In this document: positions 29,188 to 39,114 of the stretch, piece by piece
Position numbering within the stretch: position 1 is the stretch's first letter
Layout: every line of letters begins with the position of its first letter
IMG/VR virus record: IMGVR_UViG_3300031555_004297
DNA from: a virus
Taxonomy: Duplodnaviria; Caudoviricetes
Strand: one strand, 5' to 3'
DNA length: 64,000 nt
Position numbers and translations under genes: made by a program
Notes under the pieces: model-generated
What the model saw: only the letters and a program-made list of their open reading frames with translations
What the model was told of the DNA's origin: nothing
The model's database searches: none

Positions 29188-29301
29188 GCAAATAATGTAG
29201 AATAGACTTCTATAGTCTATTCTACATTTTGATTGCATATTATATTTTTGTAAAATAATGTCTCTTAAACAAGATATTAATATTATTTAAGGAGAATAAA
29301 G

Positions 29302-29856
29302 ATGATTATTACAAGTCCTTGTTATAAGCTAGCTGAAGAAATTCAAAAGCTTATAAGAAAGAAATTCGAATTTAAAGTAGAAAAACTGATAATCAGCGAG
29401 TGTGAAATTGAATCTAGAAAAAATGATATTAGATTCGTATTTAGCGGCGAACCAAACTTAGCTACTCTACATAATCCGTCCTATAGAACTTTCGGATACT
29501 TTTCTGACTCATTTTTAAGACGCAAATTCTGGACTCTTGATTCCAAAGTTATGGGGTCTGTGCTTATAAATAAGTCTGAATGCAATTTTATATTTGACGA
29601 TAAATCTGGTTTATGGATTTATCGTGTTCCGATTGAGCCTTTCGCAAGAGAGTCTCACACCCCGATAGCAAGAAATTGCTTAGTCTTCCCAACTTTGAGA
29701 AGGCCTCAAGGATGTAAATATTTCAAGTCAGCTCAAAGTGTTATTTTAAATGGAAATTATATTGAGATAGGATATAAAGATCTTGATCAAATGACAGAAA
29801 CCTATCTTGATATTAATGTCATATATTCTAAAAAGATTGAGGAGGAGAATGAATAA
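29302..29856 (+). CDS. hypothetical protein
   Basis: ORF with AAGGAG RBS, early promoter variant upstream. Confidence 0.7.
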   Translation: MIITSPCYKLAEEIQKLIRKKFEFKVEKLIISECEIESRKNDIRFVFSGEPNLATLHNPSYRTFGYFSDSFLRRKFWTLDSKVMGSVLINKSECNFIFDDKSGLWIYRVPIEPFARESHTPIARNCLVFPTLRRPQGCKYFKSAQSVILNGNYIEIGYKDLDQMTETYLDINVIYSKKIEEENE

Positions 29857-30890
29857 TGTTCGGAGGCGGAATGTTGACAGGAGAGAAGATACGTAAGGAG
29901 GTAAAGAAAGGAAATATCAAGATTTCTGATTACGATCCTGAATGTATTAATCCTAATAGCTATAATCTTAAATTGCATCCGCAGCTTTTAATTTATAAGC
30001 GCGATGCTGTAAGAGCAAATATTGTTGAAGGTACAATGCCAAAGCCCATTCAGGCCGGTATTGATCGTCCTAGTGAACTCGAGAGAGTTGAAAGCAAGGT
30101 AGTTAATAGACTTACTAAGCAAGGCGAGCCTGGAAGTTCTAAAAAACATAAAAAGAAAAAGAAGAAGGTAGAAGTTCTTCACGAAAATGCAAATACGGAG
30201 AATGCTACATCATCGGGTACTGTATCATTTGGTTCTGGATGCATTATCGAAAAGTTTGGTTATGCAAGCAGAGTTGATAATTTGACTGAGACAGTCCTGT
30301 CATCTAAAGCAACAGTAGATGCTATCGAAAAGTCTACAACAGATTTAAGAACAATGAGTAAGCGCTCTATGATAGATATCGTAGATGCGGCTAGCAATGA
30401 TACGGAAGTTTTATATAATAATGAACTTCAACTTGAAAAGAATATCAATAAACTCGGTCTTTATCCTAATATCGAGAGTGCTGTATTACCCCCTCTGGAT
30501 ATGCATAAAGAGAATGAGACTATTGAATTTGAGATCCCTGAGGAAGGGTTTGTACTTCAGCCTGGAGTACTTTACATAGGCAGAACTGTAGAAAGAACCT
30601 GGACGGATAAGTATATTCCGATGATCAATGGCAGATCTTCTGGAGGTCGTCTTGGTATTTCTATCCATATTTGTGCAGGATTTGGTGATATTGGATTTGA
30701 TGGAACTTGGACGCTTGAAATTACTTGTGTCGAGCCTGTCCGTATTTATCCTAACTCTGAAATTGCACAAGTATGTTTCTTTAAACCATATGGTAAAGTA
30801 AAAGATCTGTATAGAGGTAGATATTATCAGCAAGAAGATGCTACAGCTAGCAGATTCAGTAGAGAGAAAGGAGATAACCACAATGAGTGA
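29856..30890 (+). CDS. dcd: dCTP deaminase with about 160-aa insertion
   Basis: INPNSYNLKL…GRSSGGRLG…AGFGDIGFDGTWTLEI…RIYP…IAQV.F…Y.GRY..Q…ASR. Confidence 0.9.
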   Translation: MFGGGMLTGEKIRKEVKKGNIKISDYDPECINPNSYNLKLHPQLLIYKRDAVRANIVEGTMPKPIQAGIDRPSELERVESKVVNRLTKQGEPGSSKKHKKKKKKVEVLHENANTENATSSGTVSFGSGCIIEKFGYASRVDNLTETVLSSKATVDAIEKSTTDLRTMSKRSMIDIVDAASNDTEVLYNNELQLEKNINKLGLYPNIESAVLPPLDMHKENETIEFEIPEEGFVLQPGVLYIGRTVERTWTDKYIPMINGRSSGGRLGISIHICAGFGDIGFDGTWTLEITCVEPVRIYPNSEIAQVCFFKPYGKVKDLYRGRYYQQEDATASRFSREKGDNHNE

Positions 30891-31773
30891 AACGGTAAAG
30901 ATTTATTGTGGATCTAAATTCTTTAGATTCGTGAATGATCAACTCGAGATGATTCGCGTATATAAAGTAGATGATAAAAAGCAGCAAGTAAGATACTTTA
31001 CTGCGGAAAAGGAAAAGAAGTCTATGAGTGTAGACTATCTTTTGAATAATTATAAGAGACTTGCCCCTGATGGAATGATTATTGTCTCTGTAGTTATGAC
31101 TGGAGAGGTTCGTGATGTTATTATTGCACTTAAGAACCTCAGAACAAATGTAGGAAATCTTCCTGATGTAGTATGCCGTCAAGGCATCTATGATGTTTTC
31201 TCTCATATTACTAATAGAGATGAAAATACTATTTATGTAGGAATCTCGATGAGCCAGGATTCTTGTCCTGCAGATATTAATTTCCAGGATACTCTTGCAT
31301 GCACGAGTAAGAAAGATGATTCTGAGCTTCCTATCTTTGTATATCTTGATGATTCTCTTGATGAGATTCTTTCATTGTTTAGTCATAAGAGATATGATGA
31401 TGCTATTAAAGAATGCAGTCTTTCTCTTAAGGGTAGTATTAAAGATAAGAATATTATTGGCACAACAATGAGCCTAAGAGAACTTCTTGAATATAATAAT
31501 TTTATGTATGATTTCAGAAGATGCTTTAAGATTATGGAACTTCCTTTCCATATCGATGCAGAAACTGAGGGACTCTCTCAGGAGAATATTCTCTATATGG
31601 AGAAAGAACTTCAGGTTAATATTATGGAAACATATGTAATGGAGTATTCTAGAAAGATTGATCTCAAGTCAATTAAGCGCGATTATATGCTCGTGGTATC
31701 TGCTGCAGATAAATTTGATAAGGTTTATATATGCGGATATGACACTACGGACACAAAATATGTCCAAAGATAA
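30883..31773 (+). CDS. hypothetical protein
   Basis: Start MSETVK with AAAGGAG RBS. Confidence 0.7.
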   Translation: MSETVKIYCGSKFFRFVNDQLEMIRVYKVDDKKQQVRYFTAEKEKKSMSVDYLLNNYKRLAPDGMIIVSVVMTGEVRDVIIALKNLRTNVGNLPDVVCRQGIYDVFSHITNRDENTIYVGISMSQDSCPADINFQDTLACTSKKDDSELPIFVYLDDSLDEILSLFSHKRYDDAIKECSLSLKGSIKDKNIIGTTMSLRELLEYNNFMYDFRRCFKIMELPFHIDAETEGLSQENILYMEKELQVNIMETYVMEYSRKIDLKSIKRDYMLVVSAADKFDKVYICGYDTTDTKYVQR

Positions 31774-31923
31774 AGGTGTAAAAAATTAGTTTTTAAACTT
31801 AATAATAGACATATAATATAATTGTGATTCAGAGGCGTTAATGTTATTGTTTTACAGTAGCATTAACACTCTAATTAAAACCAATTCTCAAAAAAAAATA
31901 TTTTAATTAAAGGAGAAACAGCA

Positions 31924-32664
31924 ATGAGTGAAATCAAAGCAACAAAAACCGAAGAGACGAAGGCCAAGATCAACCTGAATGAGCATGCACCTTTTGGCGG
32001 TAACATGAAGTGCAATCTCATGTCTAGCATGGAAATGGCAGAGATCGTTTCGAGCCTTTTCGGAGGCGTATTCCGTGACTATGCAGGATGCAAGATCCGC
32101 ATTAATGACGGTCGTGGACTTCCCGCAGTAGTCAACACTATCGCTCCTGGAGCTCTTTACGTAGATCTTTATTTCAAGGATCAGAGTTCTGAAAAGAGCG
32201 ATAAGATCGCAAACCTCAGCATTCCCGGTAAGAATGAAGAGAAGAAGGGTACCCTTGGCGAGCGTTATACTCGCGTAATGGGAACCGTTCCTGGCCGTAC
32301 CTATCAGGTAAGCAAGGAAACCTATGAGTGCCTTGAGGAGTTCATGTTCAATGGTGCTCGTACTCAGTGGAACAACCACACCCAGGAGATCACCACTCAG
32401 ATGAATCCTTACTCTAAGGATGAAGTTCTTCTTACCATTTCTGGTCTTGATCTTAATAAGATCATTGCTAAGATTTATGGTACTAAGACCGAAGAGGGCC
32501 GTTATGAGTACATGGCAACCCCTTCGACTGTTATTCCTAACAAGACCGAAGAGTTCATCATGACTGTTACTCAGCTCGACCTCGAGACTGTAACCGATCT
32601 TCAGAATACTCTTGGAATCTACACGAGCAATGCTCCCACTTTCCATCAGTATCATCGCGGTTAA
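31924..32664 (+). CDS. hypothetical protein, probably highly expressed
   Basis: C-ending codon bias, own promoter, leader hairpin and downstream terminator. Confidence 0.75.
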   Translation: MSEIKATKTEETKAKINLNEHAPFGGNMKCNLMSSMEMAEIVSSLFGGVFRDYAGCKIRINDGRGLPAVVNTIAPGALYVDLYFKDQSSEKSDKIANLSIPGKNEEKKGTLGERYTRVMGTVPGRTYQVSKETYECLEEFMFNGARTQWNNHTQEITTQMNPYSKDEVLLTISGLDLNKIIAKIYGTKTEEGRYEYMATPSTVIPNKTEEFIMTVTQLDLETVTDLQNTLGIYTSNAPTFHQYHRG

Positions 32665-32745
32665 TCCGTGATATATAAATAGAAAAGCATGAGGTTTGAA
32701 CTTCATGCTTTTCTTTTTTAATCCCAAAGAAAAGGAGATCAAATC

Positions 32746-33147
32746 ATGCCTAAAGAACTACAGCTGGAACTCGATCCTTCTGTTGATGAAGTGATTGATG
32801 AAGTTCCTGGAAATAGCTTTATTGCATTAAGAAAACTTAGATGGTCACCCAATGCATCATTCAAACTCGACATCAGAAAATGGTTTACCAATGGAGCTGG
32901 TGAAGAGATTGCTGGTAAGGGTGTATCATTTATGACACCAGAAGGTCCTGATAATCTTATCGAGGCTCTTCTTAAAGTAGGCTGTGGAGATACAAGAAAG
33001 ACTCTTAATGGCTTGAAAGATAGAGAGGATTTCCTCCCTAATGTAAAGCAAATTATTATCGAGAAAGGCGTTAATTTGGATGATATAGAAGTTCCTTCAC
33101 TCGATTCTTTGAACGAAAGCTTCTATGATCCTAAGACGATAATTTAA
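32746..33147 (+). CDS. PC4/YdbC-like single-stranded DNA-binding protein
   Basis: LRKLRWS…KLDIRKW…GKGVSF motif; acidic tail. Confidence 0.7.
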   Translation: MPKELQLELDPSVDEVIDEVPGNSFIALRKLRWSPNASFKLDIRKWFTNGAGEEIAGKGVSFMTPEGPDNLIEALLKVGCGDTRKTLNGLKDREDFLPNVKQIIIEKGVNLDDIEVPSLDSLNESFYDPKTII

Positions 33148-33151
33148 AAGT

Positions 33152-34243
33152 ATGAATAACGGAGTATATAATCCCAATATAGCGGATGTGTTGTATGGAT
33201 CATATATTCGCTATGATAGGCTTTACGAAATGTCTATGTTTGCTTTTAGACCTGAGTATGGAGCCAGAGCAAATGTATTTATTGATGTGAAGTCTATTTT
33301 AAAGTCGTTATATGCTCGCGGTACAAATCTTATGGTTAAAGATTCATGTGCAATAGCATCATGTATGATTAACCTAGCTATTCACTTACGAGCATATTTC
33401 GAAACTCGCCATAAAGTAAGCACAAAAGTGTTTATTGTATATGGCGAAGCTAGGCCTCAAGCTTGTATAAGCTCTTATCCCAGATATAATGAGAAGAATA
33501 TTCTTATGGAAGATTCTAATCCATTATTGAAGAATCTTATAAAAGATAATCTGAATTTGATCAGGATTCTGTGTCCTTATCTTCATGATTTCTTCTATGT
33601 AGAAGACCTTCATAATGAGTTTTCTGTAATAACTTCATCATTAATCAATAGGCTTAATGAGCCTGAGATTCCGAATATAGTATATTCAAAGGATACTATG
33701 TCCTATCAGCTTGTAGCATTCAAACCAAGAACCTTTCTCTTTAGACCAAAGAAAAAGTTTAATGAAGATACTTCTTGGGTTGTTACAAAGAGTACGTTGT
33801 ACAATGCCTATCGCTATGGCGAGCTTGGTATTACAAGACAGCTAGATACCTCTCTTAATGTAAAGATGTTTTCTATATATCTTGCAATTGCTGGAGTAAA
33901 GTCTAGAAGCATTGATAGTATTAAGAATGGCAATACAACTATTAAGCTCCTTGAGCAGGCTGTTGAGAAGAATATATTCTCCACTGGATATAATTCTTCT
34001 GCTATATTCTGCACAAAGCCAAATCCATTCGAGATCTTATTCCAAGGAACAAATGTAGATCCGAATGAGGTTATGACAAGATTTTCTGTTATAGATTTAC
34101 TCCATAATACGATGCTTTATGAATCATCATTAGAGTATAAATCTGCAGCAGAAGGAATTATCAATCTTTATAACCCAGATGAGGTAAGACATATAAACAA
34201 TATGTACTTCCAAGAATACCCTCTTGACTTGAATAGAGTGTAA
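33152..34243 (+). CDS. PIN/FEN-fold 5'-3' nuclease-like protein (degenerate)
   Basis: NVFIDVKS…VFIVYG…IVYSKD…YQL…AIAG…SI pattern. Confidence 0.45.
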   Translation: MNNGVYNPNIADVLYGSYIRYDRLYEMSMFAFRPEYGARANVFIDVKSILKSLYARGTNLMVKDSCAIASCMINLAIHLRAYFETRHKVSTKVFIVYGEARPQACISSYPRYNEKNILMEDSNPLLKNLIKDNLNLIRILCPYLHDFFYVEDLHNEFSVITSSLINRLNEPEIPNIVYSKDTMSYQLVAFKPRTFLFRPKKKFNEDTSWVVTKSTLYNAYRYGELGITRQLDTSLNVKMFSIYLAIAGVKSRSIDSIKNGNTTIKLLEQAVEKNIFSTGYNSSAIFCTKPNPFEILFQGTNVDPNEVMTRFSVIDLLHNTMLYESSLEYKSAAEGIINLYNPDEVRHINNMYFQEYPLDLNRV

Positions 34244-34318
34244 AACTTCTGGGCCTGAACATAAAGGTAGTGCTTAATTGCGCTACCTTTATTTTTTTAT
34301 AAAGAAAGGTGGAGAAAC

Positions 34319-35515
34319 ATGGCAAAACAGCTTAATGAAATATATAATTCCGATGCTACACTATATCTGTATTCTGCAGATATGACATTTGTACTAGATG
34401 GCGAAACTTATGCTATTGAAACATCTAATATCACGAGTATTATAGTAGATCATGATTATGTGCATAATAATATGCCAATGATATTTTGCTCTGTTACAAT
34501 TTCATCTGAATTACTTGATTTGATGCTCGAGAATCAGAATACAGGGCTTGTAATCTTTAATCTAAGAAGAGCAGTAGCAAACTCTGATATGCCTGATTTA
34601 TTTACAGATTATATCACAGATGAATTTATCTATTTTATCACAGATAGCTCATCTGAAATGATGAATGAAGGTCATACTTATAAACAGACAACTATTGGCC
34701 TTCTTAGCCGTAAATGCATTAATAAGAATAAGAAGCTTATCAATGGAGTTGTAAGCGGAAATCTTACTTCGTTAATGTATTATGTGACAGGCCATATGCC
34801 AGTAGTTATTGAACCTCCTACTAAGAATATTGTCTTTGAAAACAGAATCCTTCCTCCGATGAATAGTATTTCTAAGATGCTTTCTTATATAAACTCCCTT
34901 AATGTATTTTATGATACCCCATATAGATTCTATATAGATTTCGATTGTGCTTATCTGTTGTCATCTTCGGGTAAAGCTGTTAAGAAAGATGGAGAAAAGA
35001 TTAGTACAATACTGCTAAACTGTAAGAATGAATACGATATGGCAGTTCAATCCAAGGGTATGTATGTAGATGAGTCAAAATCGCTCTTAGAAATCATTAT
35101 TGATGAAGAAGACTATGAGATCGCCGATGATCATATTTTAGAAAAGAGCTATTCTAAAGTGACCGCTGCCAATGCATCTGGGAAGGTATCGAGCAAATCT
35201 ATTAATGTCTTAGATCATTCTAATATCATAGAAAAGACCAGATCTATACGAGTTATGAACGATAATGATGGATTGCTTGATAATATTATTGCATCTGCAA
35301 ATCAATCTGCTGTAAAGATAATGGTACAGAAAGAATTTATAGATTCTTCCGATCTTACATTGAATAAAGAGTATGTTGTCAAAATGGATGAGATCTATAA
35401 CTATGAAGATTATAATGGCAGATATCTACTTACAAGAAAGAGAGATATCTTCATTAGAACAGATGATCAGTTCACAAGTACAACAATGCTTATGCTTGAT
35501 AAAGTTTCTGAATAA
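34319..35515 (+). CDS. probable baseplate hub / tail protein
   Basis: Late promoter; YRFYIDFD, YNGRYLLTRK beta-rich hub-like pattern. Confidence 0.5.
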   Translation: MAKQLNEIYNSDATLYLYSADMTFVLDGETYAIETSNITSIIVDHDYVHNNMPMIFCSVTISSELLDLMLENQNTGLVIFNLRRAVANSDMPDLFTDYITDEFIYFITDSSSEMMNEGHTYKQTTIGLLSRKCINKNKKLINGVVSGNLTSLMYYVTGHMPVVIEPPTKNIVFENRILPPMNSISKMLSYINSLNVFYDTPYRFYIDFDCAYLLSSSGKAVKKDGEKISTILLNCKNEYDMAVQSKGMYVDESKSLLEIIIDEEDYEIADDHILEKSYSKVTAANASGKVSSKSINVLDHSNIIEKTRSIRVMNDNDGLLDNIIASANQSAVKIMVQKEFIDSSDLTLNKEYVVKMDEIYNYEDYNGRYLLTRKRDIFIRTDDQFTSTTMLMLDKVSE

Positions 35516-35519
35516 AAGT

Positions 35520-35560
35520 AATCCAGGTAGATTTCTCTACCTGGATTTTTATTTTTTTTA
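35520..35560. terminator. hairpin between convergent genes
   Basis: AATCCAGGTAGA-TTTC-TCTACCTGGATT followed by T-runs. Confidence 0.75.
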
Positions 35561-35565
35561 TCAGC

Positions 35566-37770
35566 TTAACCGTTAGCCTGTTGACCTTGAGCCTGTTGTT
35601 GATTTTGCTGATTATTCTGAGCATTGCCCTTTTCAGCTTTAGCTTCTGCAGCAGCCTGTTCTTTACTCATATAAGATTTAGCATGAGCTCTAATCAGCTG
35701 ATTGCATTCGCTGTAGATGAATCTGGCAGCAGTAAGCTTTGCAAGAAGAATATCCTTAAGGCATTCGATATAAACCTTGGAGTTATTCTGCTTCTTGGCT
35801 TCACCTTCGCCACCCTTAGTATCACCATCAGCTGCTTCAGGACCATTAGCAATATCCATTTCATTAAACCATCTATCGTAGAGAACAGAGTAGAACATAG
35901 ACTCCTGCTTAGCATCTCCAGATGCTGCATTGTTATCTCCACCACCCTGATTAGCATTTTGCTGTCCAGCATTATTGTTAGTCTGAGCAGTATTATTTAC
36001 ATTGATATTAGGTCTAACTGCCTCTGCTCCAGCTTTCTTAGCTTCTTTCTCAAGCTCAGAAAGCTCCTGTTTAATCTTAGAGAAGAATGCATGAGGAGCA
36101 TCCATGAACTTCATGATGTTATCCTTAGCACCATTGAGTTCCTGAGTATTATATTTTACAGGAGGATACTGATCTGTAGGCATAGAAGCACCATAGTAAG
36201 CTTTACAGTAATCAGAAATGGTAATACCATCTTCCCACTTTACGGGTCTCTTGCCACTACTAGCTTTAGAGGCAAATCCTGTAAGGAAATGCGTCTTAAA
36301 CATAGCAGCTTTATCTTCTTCATTCATAGTTGCAGGGTTAAACGAGATATGACGAGATTCTTGCATACGAGCAAGACCATCGAGAATATTACCTGTCGAA
36401 GAGACCTCTGCAATCTTGAAAGGATTCTTAATTTGAGCAGCATACTTCTTCATAAATGCTGCATTAGGACCATGCTTATCCTGAAGATCATTGATAAACT
36501 TGGTTACAAATTCTTTTACGCGCTTGATAATGTCCTGAATAGCATTAGCAAGCTTATTGATTTCAGCTTCCTGCATAGCTTGAAGCTTGCGGAATGTATC
36601 ACTAGGAATAGCATTCTCACTCCAGATAATAGCTTCTTGAACAGCCATAGATCTACGAGCTTCATTGATAACCTGATTGAAGCAATAAGCCTCAGTTGTC
36701 AGTTCAAGATCCATCCATTCAGTACGATTGAAGTCTCTGGGGTCTTCATTAGCAAATAGAGTATCACTAGTAAAGAGCTCTCCATGAATTGTACTGGATT
36801 CATGCTTAGTATTAGACAAGCTATTAAGTACAGCTGTATAATATTTAATAGCTTTGACCTGCTGATTGAAATTCTGTCCAAGGAACCAAGTCCAAGACTC
36901 GATAATAATCTGATAATAATGAATGAGCTTAGAAGCTTTTGTTACATTTTCAGGTTTCAATGCCGGAGCTCTTGTTTCGAGTTTAACTTTAAGAGATTCT
37001 AATCTTTTTGTCTCATCGTCTGTATATTTTGAAATCTCTTTATCGGATTTTAATCCTCTATACTTGATATTAGTATAGTAATTAATAAAGTTATCTCCAG
37101 TTGTATTTCTGATTTCATCTCTTACAACATCTGTCATTACAAATTGCTTAAAGCTCTTAGGATCAATAACAGGATTAGAGTAGGAAGGCGAGTCGATGGC
37201 TTTCTTAATGGATCTATGCAATGCAGTATATCTCATTTTAAATATAGATTCATCTACTTCACCATAATCATTGCCATTAAGCAAAATTTCAATAGCAGAA
37301 GAAATTTCTCCACAAGCCTGATAAATCATATTAGAATCCAATTTGGACCAATCAACTACATGATAGAACCTAAGCTCTTGAGTTTTCTTTAAAAACTCCT
37401 CATATGTTGTAGATTTCTGCGCTTCTTTCTGAGCTTTATCTGCTTCTTCTGCCATTAACTTAAAGCCTTTTCCTCGAATCATATTAATAAATTTTCTAAT
37501 AAAGTTAATGATAGATTCAATAAGTTTAGAAAGCATATCGACAGCTTTAGAAACTAATCCTTCTGAGAGAACTACATCTGCAGATTCATTCAAAGCTGAT
37601 TCTTTAAGAGCTCTATAATATGCAATATTATATTCATTTTCTGCTTCTTGGCATTCTTCGTTAAGCTGAAGCAAGCACTCAAGATATGTTTCAGGAGTAC
37701 GAGCCATCTCAGCAATAGAGTAAGAAGCATTATCGTTTTTACTTAAAAGAGAAGATGAACGATAAATCAT
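35566..37770 (-). CDS. probable internal head (virion) protein
   Basis: Helical, xxE propeptide-like motifs (LKES, LSEG, MQEA), N/Q-rich linkers; late promoter variant. Confidence 0.55.
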   Translation of the reverse strand: MIYRSSSLLSKNDNASYSIAEMARTPETYLECLLQLNEECQEAENEYNIAYYRALKESALNESADVVLSEGLVSKAVDMLSKLIESIINFIRKFINMIRGKGFKLMAEEADKAQKEAQKSTTYEEFLKKTQELRFYHVVDWSKLDSNMIYQACGEISSAIEILLNGNDYGEVDESIFKMRYTALHRSIKKAIDSPSYSNPVIDPKSFKQFVMTDVVRDEIRNTTGDNFINYYTNIKYRGLKSDKEISKYTDDETKRLESLKVKLETRAPALKPENVTKASKLIHYYQIIIESWTWFLGQNFNQQVKAIKYYTAVLNSLSNTKHESSTIHGELFTSDTLFANEDPRDFNRTEWMDLELTTEAYCFNQVINEARRSMAVQEAIIWSENAIPSDTFRKLQAMQEAEINKLANAIQDIIKRVKEFVTKFINDLQDKHGPNAAFMKKYAAQIKNPFKIAEVSSTGNILDGLARMQESRHISFNPATMNEEDKAAMFKTHFLTGFASKASSGKRPVKWEDGITISDYCKAYYGASMPTDQYPPVKYNTQELNGAKDNIMKFMDAPHAFFSKIKQELSELEKEAKKAGAEAVRPNINVNNTAQTNNNAGQQNANQGGGDNNAASGDAKQESMFYSVLYDRWFNEMDIANGPEAADGDTKGGEGEAKKQNNSKVYIECLKDILLAKLTAARFIYSECNQLIRAHAKSYMSKEQAAAEAKAEKGNAQNNQQNQQQAQGQQANG

Positions 37771-37886
37771 TGCTGTTATACCTCACTTTAAATATTTTTT
37801 AATTACTTATAAGTTCAAGAATATTGAAAAGAACCAGGATGGGAATTTACCCATCCTGGTTATTTATAGTAAGATTAATCTTAAAC

Positions 37887-39092
37887 TTAGATAATCTTAA
37901 TACCGCTAAAGATAGAAGAAGCGCCTTCCTGGAATGCAGGAACCTCATTCTCCTTAACTCCGCCCTTACGAGCAAATGCGATAGCGAGTCTACGATACTG
38001 AGCTCTCTTAGCACGAGCAACCTTCATGAATGCGCCATAACCAGCGTTCATAACATTGGCCTGAGTCTTGATAACCTTAGTACCAGCATTGCAAATTCTG
38101 AGCTTATAGTCCGCATACTCAGTTTTCTTGGTAACAGCCTTTTCCATATCATTGACCATCTTGAGCTGATCCTGATACCAAGTCTTGACTTCCTTGTAAA
38201 GAGATCTGATTGCATGAACCTCTTCATGATCGCCAAGAACCTTGATCGCAGTAGCAGCAAGCTTAGAAGCTCCGGGAGTACCAGCCTTATAAGATACTTT
38301 ATTACCACGAAGAGTTTCTACAAGGCTCTTAACAAGATCGGAAATGGTCTTAGGAGTGTTGCCCTCGGTCCAAAGGAATCCGAAGATATCATGGATAGCA
38401 TCTGCTGTCGGATCTTCGAGAGCTTTATCAAAGTCAGCAATATCCTTCTCAACCTCAGAACGCACTTCATCTGCAGTCATATTTGCAAATGCTGCAACAG
38501 TGTCATAGGTCTTCTTAACCATATCGCCAGTCTTACCAGCCTTAGCCTTCTTTACAGCAGCTTCGAAGGGCTGAGCATTGAAACGGCCATATTCATAGCC
38601 TTCAAAACTCCACTTACCCTCAGTATCAGCCTCAATAAGACTAGCACCCTTGGTAATTTCATCTTTCTTAGAAAGAATCTTGGCATCGATCTTAGCCTGG
38701 AAGTCCATCTTTGCGAGAATATCCTTAACAGCCTTGGTAATTCTTGCAAACATCTTGGTCAGGATTTCCTTAACTCTTGCAAAGAAGCCCTTAGAGTCTT
38801 CAGCCTCGAGAACAAGCTCACGACCCATACTAGCCTCAGAGATCTCATGAATGCCAATGCACTTCATGATCTGATTATAATTATATTCAGCCTCATACAT
38901 GATATCGAAAGCTTCTGCAACAGGATCGCCAATAAGACCCTCTTCAGCAGCTTCTACCTCATCTCTATGTGCCTCAATGCCATCAGGACCAGCAATATCC
39001 TTCTCAACCTGGTTGAGATCTACACCGATATCATCGGGATCCTGAACAGCGGATTCAACAACGGGTTTCATATTAACGTTATAGAATGCCAT
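37887..39092 (-). CDS. probable abundant internal head protein
   Basis: Acidic N-terminus, VVES/MYEA/VLEA motifs, helical body; resembles 39115-40194. Confidence 0.55.
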   Translation of the reverse strand: MAFYNVNMKPVVESAVQDPDDIGVDLNQVEKDIAGPDGIEAHRDEVEAAEEGLIGDPVAEAFDIMYEAEYNYNQIMKCIGIHEISEASMGRELVLEAEDSKGFFARVKEILTKMFARITKAVKDILAKMDFQAKIDAKILSKKDEITKGASLIEADTEGKWSFEGYEYGRFNAQPFEAAVKKAKAGKTGDMVKKTYDTVAAFANMTADEVRSEVEKDIADFDKALEDPTADAIHDIFGFLWTEGNTPKTISDLVKSLVETLRGNKVSYKAGTPGASKLAATAIKVLGDHEEVHAIRSLYKEVKTWYQDQLKMVNDMEKAVTKKTEYADYKLRICNAGTKVIKTQANVMNAGYGAFMKVARAKRAQYRRLAIAFARKGGVKENEVPAFQEGASSIFSGIKII

Positions 39093-39114
39093 AGTAGTTT
39101 TCCTCCTTTATAGA

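Noticed and set aside
30000-30485. Intein in dCTP deaminase
   Set aside because: No Cys/Ser start block, no His-Asn terminus, no LAGLIDADG motifs
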